A DNA stretch of 64,000 nt, taken from an uncultured bacterium (GTDB lineage: Bacteria > Zixibacteria > MSB-5A5 > UBA10806). Shown one piece after another: positions 39,166 to 50,099 of this stretch (position 1 is the stretch's first letter; each line of letters opens with the position of its first letter). The notes beneath the pieces are model-generated. The model was not told the DNA's origin, ran no database searches, and saw only the letters and a program-made list of their open reading frames with translations. Made by a program: the position numbers and the translations under genes. Location of the stretch: assembly GCA_965541585.1 (NCBI GenBank), contig CBEUCH010000006.1, forward strand, positions 64,001 through 128,000, given 5' to 3'.

Positions 39166-40722
39166 TCAAGAGGTTTTTCTTTTTGCGAATGGGAGTTTCC
39201 TCAGAACGTCCTTAAAGAGCTTTTTGTCGTACTCGTCAAGCAGCAGCATATATATCAGCATACCTATAACCACCAAAAAGGCGATAAAGGAAAAAATCCT
39301 CAGGTATAGACTTGTTATGAGCGATAGGAGAAATGAGGACGCAATTGAACCTGAAATCCAGATATATATATGAAAGAAATTCAATTTTGGCTTCCCAACG
39401 GCGGCCGTTTTCCTGTAAATGGCGGCCAGGATGGCTAATTCTATGACCAAGCGTCCTAACCACAATCCGGCTGTGCCGATGATGCCAAACGTTTTTGTGA
39501 GCAGGATTAAAAGACCGAGATAGATCGGTAATTCCAGAAGAAATAATTTGGCGGTCAGGTCGGCGCGCCCCAGCGCCTGGATGGCGTTAAAGGGAGCCCG
39601 CGCTACAGATGAGAATAGAACTCCTGCGGCAAGGAGTTGTAACACGATGGCGCTTTCCGTGGCGAATTCCGCCCCGAGCCAGATATTCAGCAGAGGTCGG
39701 GCGAAAACGATTATACAGGCAACAAGCGGAATCACAGAAATCAAAATATAGTTTACCGTCCGTCTGTGCAGGTTGTCGAGTCTATCTTTTTCACCGGAGG
39801 AGAAAGCGCTGAAAGCCGGGAATATTACCCCCATTATACCTACAGGAATTATAAAAAGCTTATTGACCATATCGAAGGGAGTGGCGTAATAGGCTACCGC
39901 GGATAGAGTCAAAATCCCCCCGATGAAAAACCTGTCTGTGTTTCCCAGAAGCGGGGCGATGACGTTGCTTACCGTAAGCCAGCCGCCGTATCCTAAAAGC
40001 TTTCGGAAATATCCTTTTTCCATTTTCGCTTCACTGCCTGTACCGCGGAGACCCTTAAAACAATAGTGGATATAAAATATCAATGTTAACATGCGGCTTG
40101 CAGCGAGCAAGCCGACTATCGGAAAAAGACTGCGGGAGAACGACAGAACGATAAGGGGCACAAGGAAGGCGGCCGCGCTGGATGGAATCCTGATGGCGTT
40201 TATAACGCCGAACCGCTGCTGGGATTCCAGTACGCCCCTGGCGCCGCTGATAAGTAAAGCCACCGGAACGAAGGCGGCCAGCAGGTAGAACGAACGCTGC
40301 GTTTCACTCAATAAATAGTCCGGGATGTTTAAAAGATCGTTTACGAGCCAGGGAGTTATGGACGCGAGAATTATACCTGCGATTATTCCGAAACCGGAAA
40401 GGAGGATCAGTGATGCTTTTACCAACCCCCTGAGTTTTTGCTGATAACCGCGCGCGTAAAACTCGGATACGAATTTCGTCGTGGCCCGACCGATTCCCAT
40501 ATCGAATAAACTGAAATAGCCGATAACCGTCCACGCGATGGCCAGCACACCAAAGCGCTCGATCCCCATGCCTTTTATCAGGTACGGGATAGCTATAAAC
40601 GCCACGAGCAAGGGAGATATGTGCCCGATCAGGTTATAAACAGTATTGCGCGCTAACAGCTTCCCGGTATAATGAACAGTTTCAGGCTCCGGCCCGGCGG
40701 ACATCTTAGCGTCGTCCGGCAT
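39166..40722 (-). CDS. wzx: Polysaccharide flippase (Wzx/MOP superfamily)
   Basis: RNTVYNLIG...G.E.FG, DMGIGRATTK, DRFFIG, about 14 TM helices; start moved to ATG 40722. Confidence 0.9.
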   Translation of the reverse strand: MPDDAKMSAGPEPETVHYTGKLLARNTVYNLIGHISPLLVAFIAIPYLIKGMGIERFGVLAIAWTVIGYFSLFDMGIGRATTKFVSEFYARGYQQKLRGLVKASLILLSGFGIIAGIILASITPWLVNDLLNIPDYLLSETQRSFYLLAAFVPVALLISGARGVLESQQRFGVINAIRIPSSAAAFLVPLIVLSFSRSLFPIVGLLAASRMLTLIFYIHYCFKGLRGTGSEAKMEKGYFRKLLGYGGWLTVSNVIAPLLGNTDRFFIGGILTLSAVAYYATPFDMVNKLFIIPVGIMGVIFPAFSAFSSGEKDRLDNLHRRTVNYILISVIPLVACIIVFARPLLNIWLGAEFATESAIVLQLLAAGVLFSSVARAPFNAIQALGRADLTAKLFLLELPIYLGLLILLTKTFGIIGTAGLWLGRLVIELAILAAIYRKTAAVGKPKLNFFHIYIWISGSIASSFLLSLITSLYLRIFSFIAFLVVIGMLIYMLLLDEYDKKLFKDVLRKLPFAKRKTS

Positions 40723-40795
40723 ATGGTTCTCGCGATGAGATAAAATTATCGCGGATATGAGAGTTTTCAGATGAAGGCATCTATCTGATATACCG

Positions 40796-41380
40796 TTACT
40801 GGCCTGAAAAAAGAATTCTCTCGACAAGCGAAATTATGATATGTCCAATCGCGATGTGCACTTCCTGTATGCGCTGGGTGTCGGACGAGGGGATAACCAA
40901 TGGATGGCCTGTCATGGCAGCCAATTTGCCACCGCCGTTACCGAGCATCCCGACTGTTCCGATATCAATTTCCTTGGCGGTTTCTACCGCCTTGATGACG
41001 TTCGGCGAATTCCCCGAGGTCGAGATGGCAAACAGGATATCGCCTTTTTTCCCCAGTGCTTCGATCTGGCGGGCAAACACGTTATCGTAGCCGAAATCAT
41101 TGGAGCAGGCGGTGAGAATTGAGGAATCGGTGGTCAATGCCGTGGCGGGCAGCGCCCTGCGATTGCTCCGGCCGGTCAGCCTGACCACCAGCTCTGCGGC
41201 GAGGTGCTGGCTGTCGGCTGCCGAACCGCCGTTGCCGCAGAACATCGCCTTACCACCATGCTCTATCGCCGATGACAAAGCTTCTGCAACGTTCAAAATC
41301 TTTTCAGGCAGAAGCTCTGCTACCTGCAGTTTCAAATCGGCGGAGTCTTTTAATGCTTTCCTGATGATTTCAATTGACAT
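40796..41380 (-). CDS. gmhA: D-sedoheptulose 7-phosphate isomerase
   Basis: CGNGGSAADSQH, NDFG, STSGNS, IQEVH. Confidence 0.96.
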   Translation of the reverse strand: MSIEIIRKALKDSADLKLQVAELLPEKILNVAEALSSAIEHGGKAMFCGNGGSAADSQHLAAELVVRLTGRSNRRALPATALTTDSSILTACSNDFGYDNVFARQIEALGKKGDILFAISTSGNSPNVIKAVETAKEIDIGTVGMLGNGGGKLAAMTGHPLVIPSSDTQRIQEVHIAIGHIIISLVERILFSGQ

Positions 41381-41400
41381 AAAAACCTGACCTGTAAATT

Positions 41401-42156
41401 TTAACGCTTCACCCCGTCGAAATGGACAGCCTCGGCGAACGACCTGGCCAGCGCGCCTTTGCGATCCTTTTCGAGAACGTTGCCGATGACGATAAACGAC
41501 GCCCCGGCGGAGACTATTCGCCGGGCATAGGAGGGATCGGTGATACCGCCTCCGACTATCAAAGGGAGATTAATGTAATCCTTGATCTTTTTAACCGTAT
41601 CCGGCGGCACCGGTAAAGCCGCACCGGAACCCGCCTCGAGATATACGAACTTCATCCCCATATATTCTGCCGCTAAGGCATGAGCCTTGGCGATATCCGG
41701 TTTGTTGCGAGGTATCGGCATGGTGTTGGAAAGGTAACAGACCGATGTCAGATTCCCGGATTCGATTAGAATATATGCGGTCGGGATAGCCTCGAGCTTA
41801 AGCGATTTAATAAGCGGCGCCGCCTTTACATGCTCCCCGATCAGCAAATTCGGATTCCGTCCGGAAATAAGCGATGTAAAGAGCACGGCGTCTGCCGATC
41901 CGGAGAGCATTCCGGAGCCGTTGGGGAATATTATAAGCGGTATCCTCACTGCTTTTCGAACCGCGCGCACCGATTTCTCGAAAGATGACGATACTATCAG
42001 GGATGAACCTATCAGAAAAGCGTCAGCCCCGGCGGATTCCATGGTCTTCGCAGATTTAGCCAGTGCCGATGGGGTCATTCTGTCGGGATCTAGCAATACC
42101 AAAAGACCAGCCCCTTTTCTCTTTTTAATTGAAAGAAGTTTCTGGTAGGTATTCAT
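41401..42156 (-). CDS. Geranylgeranylglyceryl phosphate synthase (GGGPS/PcrB family, group II-like)
   Basis: LLDPD, SLISGRNP, YLEAGSGA, VGGGI, IGN glycerol-1-phosphate-binding motifs. Confidence 0.92.
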   Translation of the reverse strand: MNTYQKLLSIKKRKGAGLLVLLDPDRMTPSALAKSAKTMESAGADAFLIGSSLIVSSSFEKSVRAVRKAVRIPLIIFPNGSGMLSGSADAVLFTSLISGRNPNLLIGEHVKAAPLIKSLKLEAIPTAYILIESGNLTSVCYLSNTMPIPRNKPDIAKAHALAAEYMGMKFVYLEAGSGAALPVPPDTVKKIKDYINLPLIVGGGITDPSYARRIVSAGASFIVIGNVLEKDRKGALARSFAEAVHFDGVKR

Positions 42157-42159
42157 ATA

Positions 42160-44799
42160 TCAGCCGAACTTTTTCGCAAGACCCTTTATGATTGCATCTA
42201 TCGTTTGCACCTGTAAAGATCCCCGAATGGTCGGTTTGCCTCCTCCGCGAACTCCCGAAACCGATTTCATCTCCGTTAATACTTCCTGTCCTAAACCGTC
42301 CCCGGGAGAGGTAATGGCAAAAGCCCCGTTTTTCTTTGATATGGTCACTATTGTTGATTCAGGGTGAATCTCTCTAAAACTATCGACATAAACCATTAAG
42401 AAACGGGGATTATCCACGTCGACGACATATATCACGACTTTTCCATCAGCGATTATGGTATCGGGTTTTATATCAATTGCTTTTTTAGAAAGGCTGAGGC
42501 TGTCCGCCTTCTCTTTTTCACGTTGGAATTTCCTGATGGAATTCGAAAACTCGTTATATTTATCCAGAAGATCGTAATTCTTAAGCAATCTTTTATCGAC
42601 CTTCGATAACAGGTCGTTGAATCTGGCGGCCTCTTCCGACGACAGCTCTTCCGCGCCTCTATTTATCAGGTTTTCGATATCGGATATAATAAGGTTCTGT
42701 TCAGCGAAATAGTCCTCCGCGCCTCTGCCCGAAATTGCCTCGATCCGTCGCATGCCGGCGGCTATGCCGGTTTCCTGCGTGATGAAGAAATCCCCGATAT
42801 CAGCAGTGTTGTTGACATGAGTGCCGCCGCAAAGCTCTTTGGAGAAATCACCGGTTTCGATAACCCTGACCTCGTCGCCGTATTTTTCGCCAAAGAGGGC
42901 CATGGCGCCCTTCTCTTTGGCTTTTTCGAACGGCATTACTTCCCATTTAACAGGCAGGTCTTCTTTTATCTTTTCCTTTACCACGTTCTCGACTTTATCC
43001 ACTTCCTTGGGAGTCATGGGCTTGGAATGAGTGAAATCGAAGCGGAGCCGGTCGGGAGCCACCAGCGAGCCTGACTGATGGACATGGTCTCCCAATATCA
43101 TCCGCAAGGCTTTATGTAACAGATGGGTGGCGGTGTGGTTGCGCTTGATGTCGGCGCGGCGGGCGTGATCGACCTCGGCAGTCACTTTATGACCTTTTAA
43201 GGTCTTTGTTGTAACACCGGCATCTATGCCTTTATCTCTAATTTCCCCTATCATATGAATAATAGAAGGGCCTAATTTTCGGGTGCCTTCAATATTAATT
43301 TCAAAATCATCCGAATATATTTTTCCAGAATCGCCAACCTGGCCCCCTGCTTCAGCGTAAAAGGGCGTTTTTTCCAAAACTAAATACCTTTGATCACCGG
43401 CGTAATCGTCCCAAGTTATTCCGGATATCGTGGTTTCTGTCGAATATCCCGTAAATTCTGAACTCGGCAATGCGGCATCAAATGCTATACCAATGTCTAT
43501 AAACGCTTTGCTTTGTTTTGATCTATACTTTTGTTTAGCCAATTGCTCCTCAAATCCTCCCATATCAGCATGCAATCCCCGCTCTCTTGCCATAACCTCA
43601 GTCAAATCGACAGGGAAGCCGTATGTATCATAGAGCCGGAAAACGTCGGAGCCGGGGATAACCTTAGAGCCGGTGGATTCGATTGTTTTGACGATATCCT
43701 CGAATATCTCCAGGCCGGTATCCAGCGTTCGTCCGAACTGCTCCTCCTCGGATTTTACGACCAATTCTATATGCTCCCGTTTAGCGTTCAACTCCGGATA
43801 ATGATCGCCCATAATCTCCGTCAGCGGGCGGACAAGATTATATATGAAAGGCTCATGCATGTCCAGGAGTCGTCCATGTCGTGAAGCGCGTCGCAGAATA
43901 CGGCGTAAGACATAGCCCCGGCCTTCGTTTGAGATGATACCGCCGTCGGCTATGGCGAAACTGAGGGCCCTGACGTGATCGGCTATGACTTTATGAGATA
44001 TCCCCCGCTGATCATCAGAATACTCAACACCGGATAATTCTGAAACTCTATCTATCAAAGGAGTAAACAAATCAGTCCCGTAGCAGGATTCGGCGTTCTG
44101 CAGGATCATGGCCAGCCGCTCCAGCCCTGCGCCGGTATCGACCGACGGTTTCGGGAGCGGGGTGAGATTCCCCGATTCGTCCCGGTCGAACTGCATGAAG
44201 ACCAGATTCCAGATTTCCATGTAACGGTCACCGTCCCCGTTGAGCTCCCCCGGATATTTATCGCCGCGATTGTAATGAATCTCGGAGCAGGGTCCGCAGG
44301 GACCGGTTTCGCCCATGGACCAGTAATTATCTTTCTCGCCGAAACGAAGTACCCGGTCGCCGAGCTCGGGGGCGATCTTTCTCCAGAGTCTCTCGGCCTC
44401 GTCGTCATCGGTGAAAACGGTGGCATAAAGATTCGAAGGCTTAAGCCCCAGGATCCTGGTGACATACTCCCAGGCGTAGGCTATAGCCTCCTCTTTGAAA
44501 TAATCTCCGAAGGAGAAGTTTCCGAGCATCTCGAAAAAGGTATGATGCCTGGCGGTGACGCCGACGTTCTCGAGATCGTTATGCTTGCCGCCCGCCCTGA
44601 TGCATTTCTGAGACGATGCCGCGGTCCTGTAGTCTCGTTTCTCCAGTCCAACGAACACTTTCTTGAACTGGTTCATACCGGCGTTGGTGAAAAGCAGCGT
44701 GGGATCATCGTGTGGAATAAGGGGGGACGACGGCACGATTTTATGACCGTGATCGGCGAAATACTCAAGGAAAGATGACCTTATTTCGTGCGATCTCAT
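42160..44799 (-). CDS. alaS: Alanine--tRNA ligase
   Basis: LLFTNAGMNQFK, HHTFFEMLGNFSFGDYFK, HTATH, ELCGGTHV; start moved to ATG 44799. Confidence 0.98.
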   Translation of the reverse strand: MRSHEIRSSFLEYFADHGHKIVPSSPLIPHDDPTLLFTNAGMNQFKKVFVGLEKRDYRTAASSQKCIRAGGKHNDLENVGVTARHHTFFEMLGNFSFGDYFKEEAIAYAWEYVTRILGLKPSNLYATVFTDDDEAERLWRKIAPELGDRVLRFGEKDNYWSMGETGPCGPCSEIHYNRGDKYPGELNGDGDRYMEIWNLVFMQFDRDESGNLTPLPKPSVDTGAGLERLAMILQNAESCYGTDLFTPLIDRVSELSGVEYSDDQRGISHKVIADHVRALSFAIADGGIISNEGRGYVLRRILRRASRHGRLLDMHEPFIYNLVRPLTEIMGDHYPELNAKREHIELVVKSEEEQFGRTLDTGLEIFEDIVKTIESTGSKVIPGSDVFRLYDTYGFPVDLTEVMARERGLHADMGGFEEQLAKQKYRSKQSKAFIDIGIAFDAALPSSEFTGYSTETTISGITWDDYAGDQRYLVLEKTPFYAEAGGQVGDSGKIYSDDFEINIEGTRKLGPSIIHMIGEIRDKGIDAGVTTKTLKGHKVTAEVDHARRADIKRNHTATHLLHKALRMILGDHVHQSGSLVAPDRLRFDFTHSKPMTPKEVDKVENVVKEKIKEDLPVKWEVMPFEKAKEKGAMALFGEKYGDEVRVIETGDFSKELCGGTHVNNTADIGDFFITQETGIAAGMRRIEAISGRGAEDYFAEQNLIISDIENLINRGAEELSSEEAARFNDLLSKVDKRLLKNYDLLDKYNEFSNSIRKFQREKEKADSLSLSKKAIDIKPDTIIADGKVVIYVVDVDNPRFLMVYVDSFREIHPESTIVTISKKNGAFAITSPGDGLGQEVLTEMKSVSGVRGGGKPTIRGSLQVQTIDAIIKGLAKKFG

Positions 44800-45016
44800 G
44801 TGGCTGTAATTAATCCATTTAGGTCTCAAAATCAAGGGATAATGGATGAGCCGCCGGATATCGCATCGGGATCCGTCAGGCATCGGGCAGATCAGTATCC
44901 TGTCTGAGAAAAGTGAATAGAAAAATATCTTGGAAAATTCACCGTATTTATATACTATGGTGCGCAGCATGGAGTCTGCAGGATTCCCTCAAGTAGCATC
45001 TTTCAAGGAAAACTAA

Positions 45017-46225
45017 ATGCGGTCGGTAAGCCCCGGGAAAGTCAAGGATATAGCCGAGAGCTACCGCAGCTATGCCACAAATTTTCTATCCAGCCTGGTA
45101 AAGATACCGTCACTCTCTGGAAAGGAAGAAGGTGCAGCGCGTCTCCTTGAAAGCGAATTCCGTCGTTGTGGGGCGGACGAGATCCTGATCGACGGTCTGG
45201 GGAACGTCCTGGCGCGGTTGGGAAGCAGGGGACCGGTGATTGCATTCGACGGCCACCTCGATACGGTCGATGTCGGTCAGAGAAGTCGCTGGAATAGTGA
45301 TCCCTTTTCGGGAGAGGTAAAAGGGGGCAGGGTATTCGGGCGTGGCTCCGCCGATCAGAAAGGCGGTGTATCCGCCATGGTTACCGCCCTGAGGATCTTA
45401 AAGGAGCTTTCAGACGATCTGCCGTTCACGTTGTTTTTCATCGGGTCGATACAGGAGGAAAACTGCGACGGTCTCTGCTGGCAATACATGATCAACGAGA
45501 ATCAGATCGTTCCCGATATCGTCATCCTGACCGAGCCCACCGATGGCAAGATCAATCGCGGCCAGAGGGGCAGGATGGAGATGGAGATAACGGTGGAGGG
45601 GATCTCCTGTCATGGTTCGGCTCCCGAACGGGGAGAAAACGCCATCTATAAAATCCTTCCCGTATTATCGGCTTTGCAGAAACTGAACGATAAGCTTCCC
45701 GCAGATCCATTTCTGGGAAAGGGATCTTTGACCGCAACCCGCATCCGCTCCGGGGCGCCGTCGCTGAATGCCGTGCCCGATATGGCATCGGTCTATATCG
45801 ACAGGCGTTTGACCGCCGGCGAGTTATGGGATACCGCCCTATCCCAGGTTGAATCGCTCTTAGAGGTCCAGACAGCCTCCGCCCGGGTTCAGATCCCCAC
45901 CTTTGAGGCCCCGAGCTGGCGAGGCACCACCTACCCGACCCTGAAGACCTACCCCGCCTGGGCGCTCGATGAAAAGCATCATCTTATCGAATACGCCGGG
46001 CGATGTTACAACGGCCTGTTTGAGGCCGGGCCGGAAATCGGTAAATGGTCGTTTTCCACCAACGGTGTTGCGACCAAGGGGATGTTTGATATCCCCACCT
46101 TCGGCTTCGGCCCCGGTGAGGAGAAAATGGCACATGCCGCCAATGAATCAATCGCCATAGATGATGTTATAAGGGCCGCGGCCTTCTATGCCTATTTCCC
46201 GTGGATCGTAACGGGCAAGTTATAG
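45017..46225 (+). CDS. ygeY: YgeY-family M20 metallohydrolase
   Basis: DGHLDTV, GRGSADQKGG, QEENCDG, GQRGRME, HGSAPERG, FSTNG, AH. Confidence 0.88.
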   Translation: MRSVSPGKVKDIAESYRSYATNFLSSLVKIPSLSGKEEGAARLLESEFRRCGADEILIDGLGNVLARLGSRGPVIAFDGHLDTVDVGQRSRWNSDPFSGEVKGGRVFGRGSADQKGGVSAMVTALRILKELSDDLPFTLFFIGSIQEENCDGLCWQYMINENQIVPDIVILTEPTDGKINRGQRGRMEMEITVEGISCHGSAPERGENAIYKILPVLSALQKLNDKLPADPFLGKGSLTATRIRSGAPSLNAVPDMASVYIDRRLTAGELWDTALSQVESLLEVQTASARVQIPTFEAPSWRGTTYPTLKTYPAWALDEKHHLIEYAGRCYNGLFEAGPEIGKWSFSTNGVATKGMFDIPTFGFGPGEEKMAHAANESIAIDDVIRAAAFYAYFPWIVTGKL

Positions 46226-46278
46226 CATCTCTGTACAGCGGGAGATAAATCGAGATCCATTGTAATCCTGATAAACAA

Positions 46279-47529
46279 CTATTTCAATTTATGAAATCTA
46301 TCGAACGCAATATTATTAGCCTTTAAAAACGCTTTCTGCCTTTTCCTCCACTCGCCTGATTTTTCGAACTGGTCTATCTGCTCATAGATCTTAGTCCGCA
46401 GGGCGACGGCCTGATCCTTGACCCTTGGCGCCGATGACAGCAGGACGAATATCGCGATGGCCAGATCGTCGGCCGCCTGACGGGTATAGTCGGGATCCCA
46501 CCAGGGATTGCAGGAGGCCATGGACCAGTTTATGGCAGCGGACGCCGAATCCATCATCTCCCTGGCCCTGATGATCTGTGGATCGCCCTTGGTAGCGGCG
46601 TTTTTTTGCTCCGAGATTGCCATTTTATAGAGTTTCCATAACGACTGATGGATCGGGTTTCTATCGTTCTCCCAGACCGGAAACGGTCTTCTCTTCCTAT
46701 AATCTTCTTTCTCGGTAGCCGATGAACCATCCACTGCCCTGATAGAATCCTTGCGCTTCACGAAACGCCTCAATTGCGAAATCGTAACAGCTCTCAGCCT
46801 TTTATCCCGGTAGAGGGCGCGCAGAAGGCCGTGCCTTCCAGGATTATCGTATCCGATATTACGAGCATCTACGGCGGTGATAATATATCTGTCATTGGAG
46901 GCCTGTTTCATTGTAGATTGGAGGAATTCCGATGCAGATCGGGGAATGTTTTTGGCCCGCAAGGAGCCGCCGAGCTGGTTCGAGATCTCCCTGCGACAGA
47001 CCATAAGTAAAATCCCGCCTGCCGATTTTTCCATATAAAGCGAGTTATAGCCGTCCTGCGATTTGACCCTGATTGAATTCTCGTCGACGGCCACCCATTT
47101 AAGTGCGAACCGAGCCCCGGCCTTCGAAACTTTCTGCGAGTAGGCGAGGAAGGGGGAATACAGTCCCTGCGGACTGTAGCAAATCCCGAAATAGCGCTTG
47201 CAAATCTTGTTATGGGCCTCTATCTGGCGGTCCACGTCATCGTCACCATGAAGGGGGATCAGCGGCTGATATTTCGGTGTCATCGTGAAATCTACCTGCC
47301 CCCGCTCGCCTAATTTTGCAATCTTCTTAATTACATCTCCGAATCCGGTTCTGATCATCAGCTCCACCGTGCTTCCGGGAAGATTGAGCGTAAATCCGGA
47401 ATCGGGGTTCTGTTCGAAAATCTTAAGAAGAGGCAGGTAACTCTGTTTAATAATCGTTTCCAGCGCCGACCGATCGCAGTTCGGGGGCCGGTACATATCA
47501 ATGAGGTTTGCCCACAATAAAGCAGCCAT
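46279..47529 (-). CDS. GH57-like protein, apparently catalytically degenerate
   Basis: N-terminal WAN...YRP...SYLP.L; YQPLIPL; WVAVDE; W.ASC.PWW; expected PE nucleophile reads PF. Confidence 0.65.
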   Translation of the reverse strand: MAALLWANLIDMYRPPNCDRSALETIIKQSYLPLLKIFEQNPDSGFTLNLPGSTVELMIRTGFGDVIKKIAKLGERGQVDFTMTPKYQPLIPLHGDDDVDRQIEAHNKICKRYFGICYSPQGLYSPFLAYSQKVSKAGARFALKWVAVDENSIRVKSQDGYNSLYMEKSAGGILLMVCRREISNQLGGSLRAKNIPRSASEFLQSTMKQASNDRYIITAVDARNIGYDNPGRHGLLRALYRDKRLRAVTISQLRRFVKRKDSIRAVDGSSATEKEDYRKRRPFPVWENDRNPIHQSLWKLYKMAISEQKNAATKGDPQIIRAREMMDSASAAINWSMASCNPWWDPDYTRQAADDLAIAIFVLLSSAPRVKDQAVALRTKIYEQIDQFEKSGEWRKRQKAFLKANNIAFDRFHKLK

Positions 47530-47656
47530 CGAAACTCCCTGAGTAAAAAGTGTCAGAACATTTTATTCAAGCGGTACCGGTTTGTCAAGATATGGTCTTG
47601 TTCACGCCTGATGATTAACTCTAAATGAAATCAGCTTTATGCCCAGGATCTTCCCC

Positions 47657-48418
47657 TTACTTTCGTCGCCCGTATATCAGATCGTATTTGAATTCCTCCG
47701 TAATTATGCCATCCGGGAAGAATCTGGTTATCTCTTTTCCTACCTTCTCCAGGAACTCCTCGAGCATATCCTCGTCCATAGCATCACCGATAAACGATTT
47801 GGATCTTTGCCACCTTATGTAAGTCTCCAGATTAAAGGTTCTCGATGCGTAGAACCTCTTTTGCCCTATGTCGGTGAAACGGCCGTCTGCATAGAGCATT
47901 CCCACGTAGTCGGCATCCATGAATCTGGGATTGTAGTTGGGATTGTATTTATGAGTCAACTGCTCGATGAAAGCCTGATGCGGCTCCGTCAGGGTTTTTC
48001 GACGGTACCAGATCAAAGCTATACCGCCCCCGGGTCTCAGAATTCGGTTGATCTCAGCCAGGGATTCCTGACGTTTCATCCAGTGGAAACCCTGGGCGAC
48101 CGTGACCAGATCGCAGCATTTCGATTTGAGCGGTAACATCTCGCCGCAGCTGCAAAGAGGCTTGAAACAAAATTCTTCAAAATATCTCATTCCTGCCATA
48201 AGCAGTGGCAAAGACCGATCCAGCCCGATAACGCACCCGGTATTTCGTTCGCAAGAAAGAAGCTGAGTGAAGATCCCCGATCCGCAAGCGATATCGGCTA
48301 TACAGGACGTTGAGCCAACGTCGAACCGTTCAAACAAGAAGGATTTGATATCGTCAGGATAGCCGGGGCGTGATGAAGCATATTCATCTGCGAATTTCTC
48401 GAAAGGCTGTTTGCTCAT
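47657..48418 (-). CDS. Class I SAM-dependent methyltransferase
   Basis: Y...RPGYP, DIACGSG, AQGFHWM, RILRPGG. Confidence 0.9.
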   Translation of the reverse strand: MSKQPFEKFADEYASSRPGYPDDIKSFLFERFDVGSTSCIADIACGSGIFTQLLSCERNTGCVIGLDRSLPLLMAGMRYFEEFCFKPLCSCGEMLPLKSKCCDLVTVAQGFHWMKRQESLAEINRILRPGGGIALIWYRRKTLTEPHQAFIEQLTHKYNPNYNPRFMDADYVGMLYADGRFTDIGQKRFYASRTFNLETYIRWQRSKSFIGDAMDEDMLEEFLEKVGKEITRFFPDGIITEEFKYDLIYGRRK

Positions 48419-48727
48419 CTATAAATGGCGGCCAACAGTTAACGCTGCAGTAAGAACCTATCTGTAAAGCTCGCTGTTTTCGAACGGACAGATCTCATGC
48501 AATCTTGCATCAATATAAGTCTGAATGTGAATTTGTAAAGGCCTTTTGTTCGAAGATGATGCAGGAGAAAGGCTTAGGTCTTTCCCCCGGTATGCAGCAA
48601 ACCAGCTGGCTCAATCAACATAGATGGCAGGCAAGCTGCAACAGGTTCCGGATAATGTGTGATTATTTAACAGATTAGATTATTTAAACATACAGGCGGA
48701 TCGAAAAACGCAATTTCCTCCCACCGT

Positions 48728-49981
48728 CTATCCGCTCATGCTCTCCAGAAACTTAGCATTGGTTTTGGTCTTCAGGAGCCGTTCCAGCAAAAACTCCATG
48801 GCCTCCACCGGATTCATCTCGCTTAAGAACTTCCGCATGATCCAGATCCTCTTCAGTTCATCAGGAGTGAGGAGCAGTTCCTCTTTGCGGGTCCCGGAAC
48901 GGTTGATATCCATGGCGGGGAAGATGCGCCTGTCCTGTAGCCTCCGGTCAAGCACGATTTCCATGTTGCCGGTTCCTTTAAACTCCTCGAAGATAACGTC
49001 ATCCATGCGAGAACCGGTCTCGATTAAAGCAGTGGCGATGATAGTCAGCGATCCCCCCTCCTCGATATTTCTTGCGGCACCGAAGAACCGCTTCGGCTTC
49101 TGCAAAGCATTGGAATCAACGCCGCCGGAGAGAATCTTGCCGGAGTGCGGTACCACCGCGTTATAGGCGCGCGCCAGACGGGTTATGGAATCAAGCAGGA
49201 TGACAACATGATTCTTATGCTCCACCAATCTTCTGGCCTTATCTATGATCATTTCGGCAACCGCGACATGCCTGTCGGCAGCTTCGTCGAAGGTGGATGA
49301 GATGACCTCGGCGTTGACGGACCTCTTCATGTCGGTGACCTCTTCCGGCCGCTCATCGATCAACAGCACGATCAATTTCATATCGGGGTGGTTTGTGGTG
49401 ATAGCGTTTGCCACTTTCTGCAGGAGAATCGTCTTACCGGCTTTAGGCGGAGACGTAATAAGAGCCCTTTGCCCGCGCCCCAGAGGCGTCAGAAGATCCA
49501 TAATCCTGGTGCTGACGTCCTTCGGGTCATGCTCGAGTCTGATCTTCTCCTCCGGGTAGAGGGGCGTCAGGTTATCGAAAAGGATCTTGTGTTTTGCGAT
49601 CTCAGGATTTTCGAGATTGACCGCCTCGATTTTCAGAAGTGCGAAATATCGCTCGCTCTCCTTGGGAGGCCGAACCTGCCCCGATACCGTATCGCCGTTT
49701 TTCAGGTCGAATCGTTTGATCTGCGAAGGACTCACATATATATCGTCCGGGCCCGGCAGATAGTTGTAGTCGGAGCTGCGCAGAAATCCATATCCCTCGG
49801 AGAGAACCTCCAGAACACCTTCGGCGAAAATCAGGCCATCCTGTTCGGTTTTGCCCTCCAGGATCTTAAAGATCAACTCTGATTTGCGTAGCCCGGAGAT
49901 GCTGGGGATTTCCAGATCTTCCGCCAGTTCCGTAAGTTCGGCAATAGTCTTCGACTTTAAATCAACTATATCCATATCCAT
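48728..49981 (-). CDS. rho: Transcription termination factor Rho
   Basis: [48 protein letters not shown]. Confidence 0.99.
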   Translation of the reverse strand: MDMDIVDLKSKTIAELTELAEDLEIPSISGLRKSELIFKILEGKTEQDGLIFAEGVLEVLSEGYGFLRSSDYNYLPGPDDIYVSPSQIKRFDLKNGDTVSGQVRPPKESERYFALLKIEAVNLENPEIAKHKILFDNLTPLYPEEKIRLEHDPKDVSTRIMDLLTPLGRGQRALITSPPKAGKTILLQKVANAITTNHPDMKLIVLLIDERPEEVTDMKRSVNAEVISSTFDEAADRHVAVAEMIIDKARRLVEHKNHVVILLDSITRLARAYNAVVPHSGKILSGGVDSNALQKPKRFFGAARNIEEGGSLTIIATALIETGSRMDDVIFEEFKGTGNMEIVLDRRLQDRRIFPAMDINRSGTRKEELLLTPDELKRIWIMRKFLSEMNPVEAMEFLLERLLKTKTNAKFLESMSG

Positions 49982-50099
49982 CGCTTTTTCACCTCGCTTC
50001 GTATGTCATTCGATACAGTTTTCAACCCTTCTGAATCTCTCTTATGGCCTGATAAATTATGCTTCTCTTACTATTTCGGCCTCGTTTAAGATTTATTTA

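Noticed and set aside
45017..46225. Selenium utilisation system suggested by the YgeY-family gene
   Set aside because: No sel genes, in-frame TGA read-through or SECIS seen in the window
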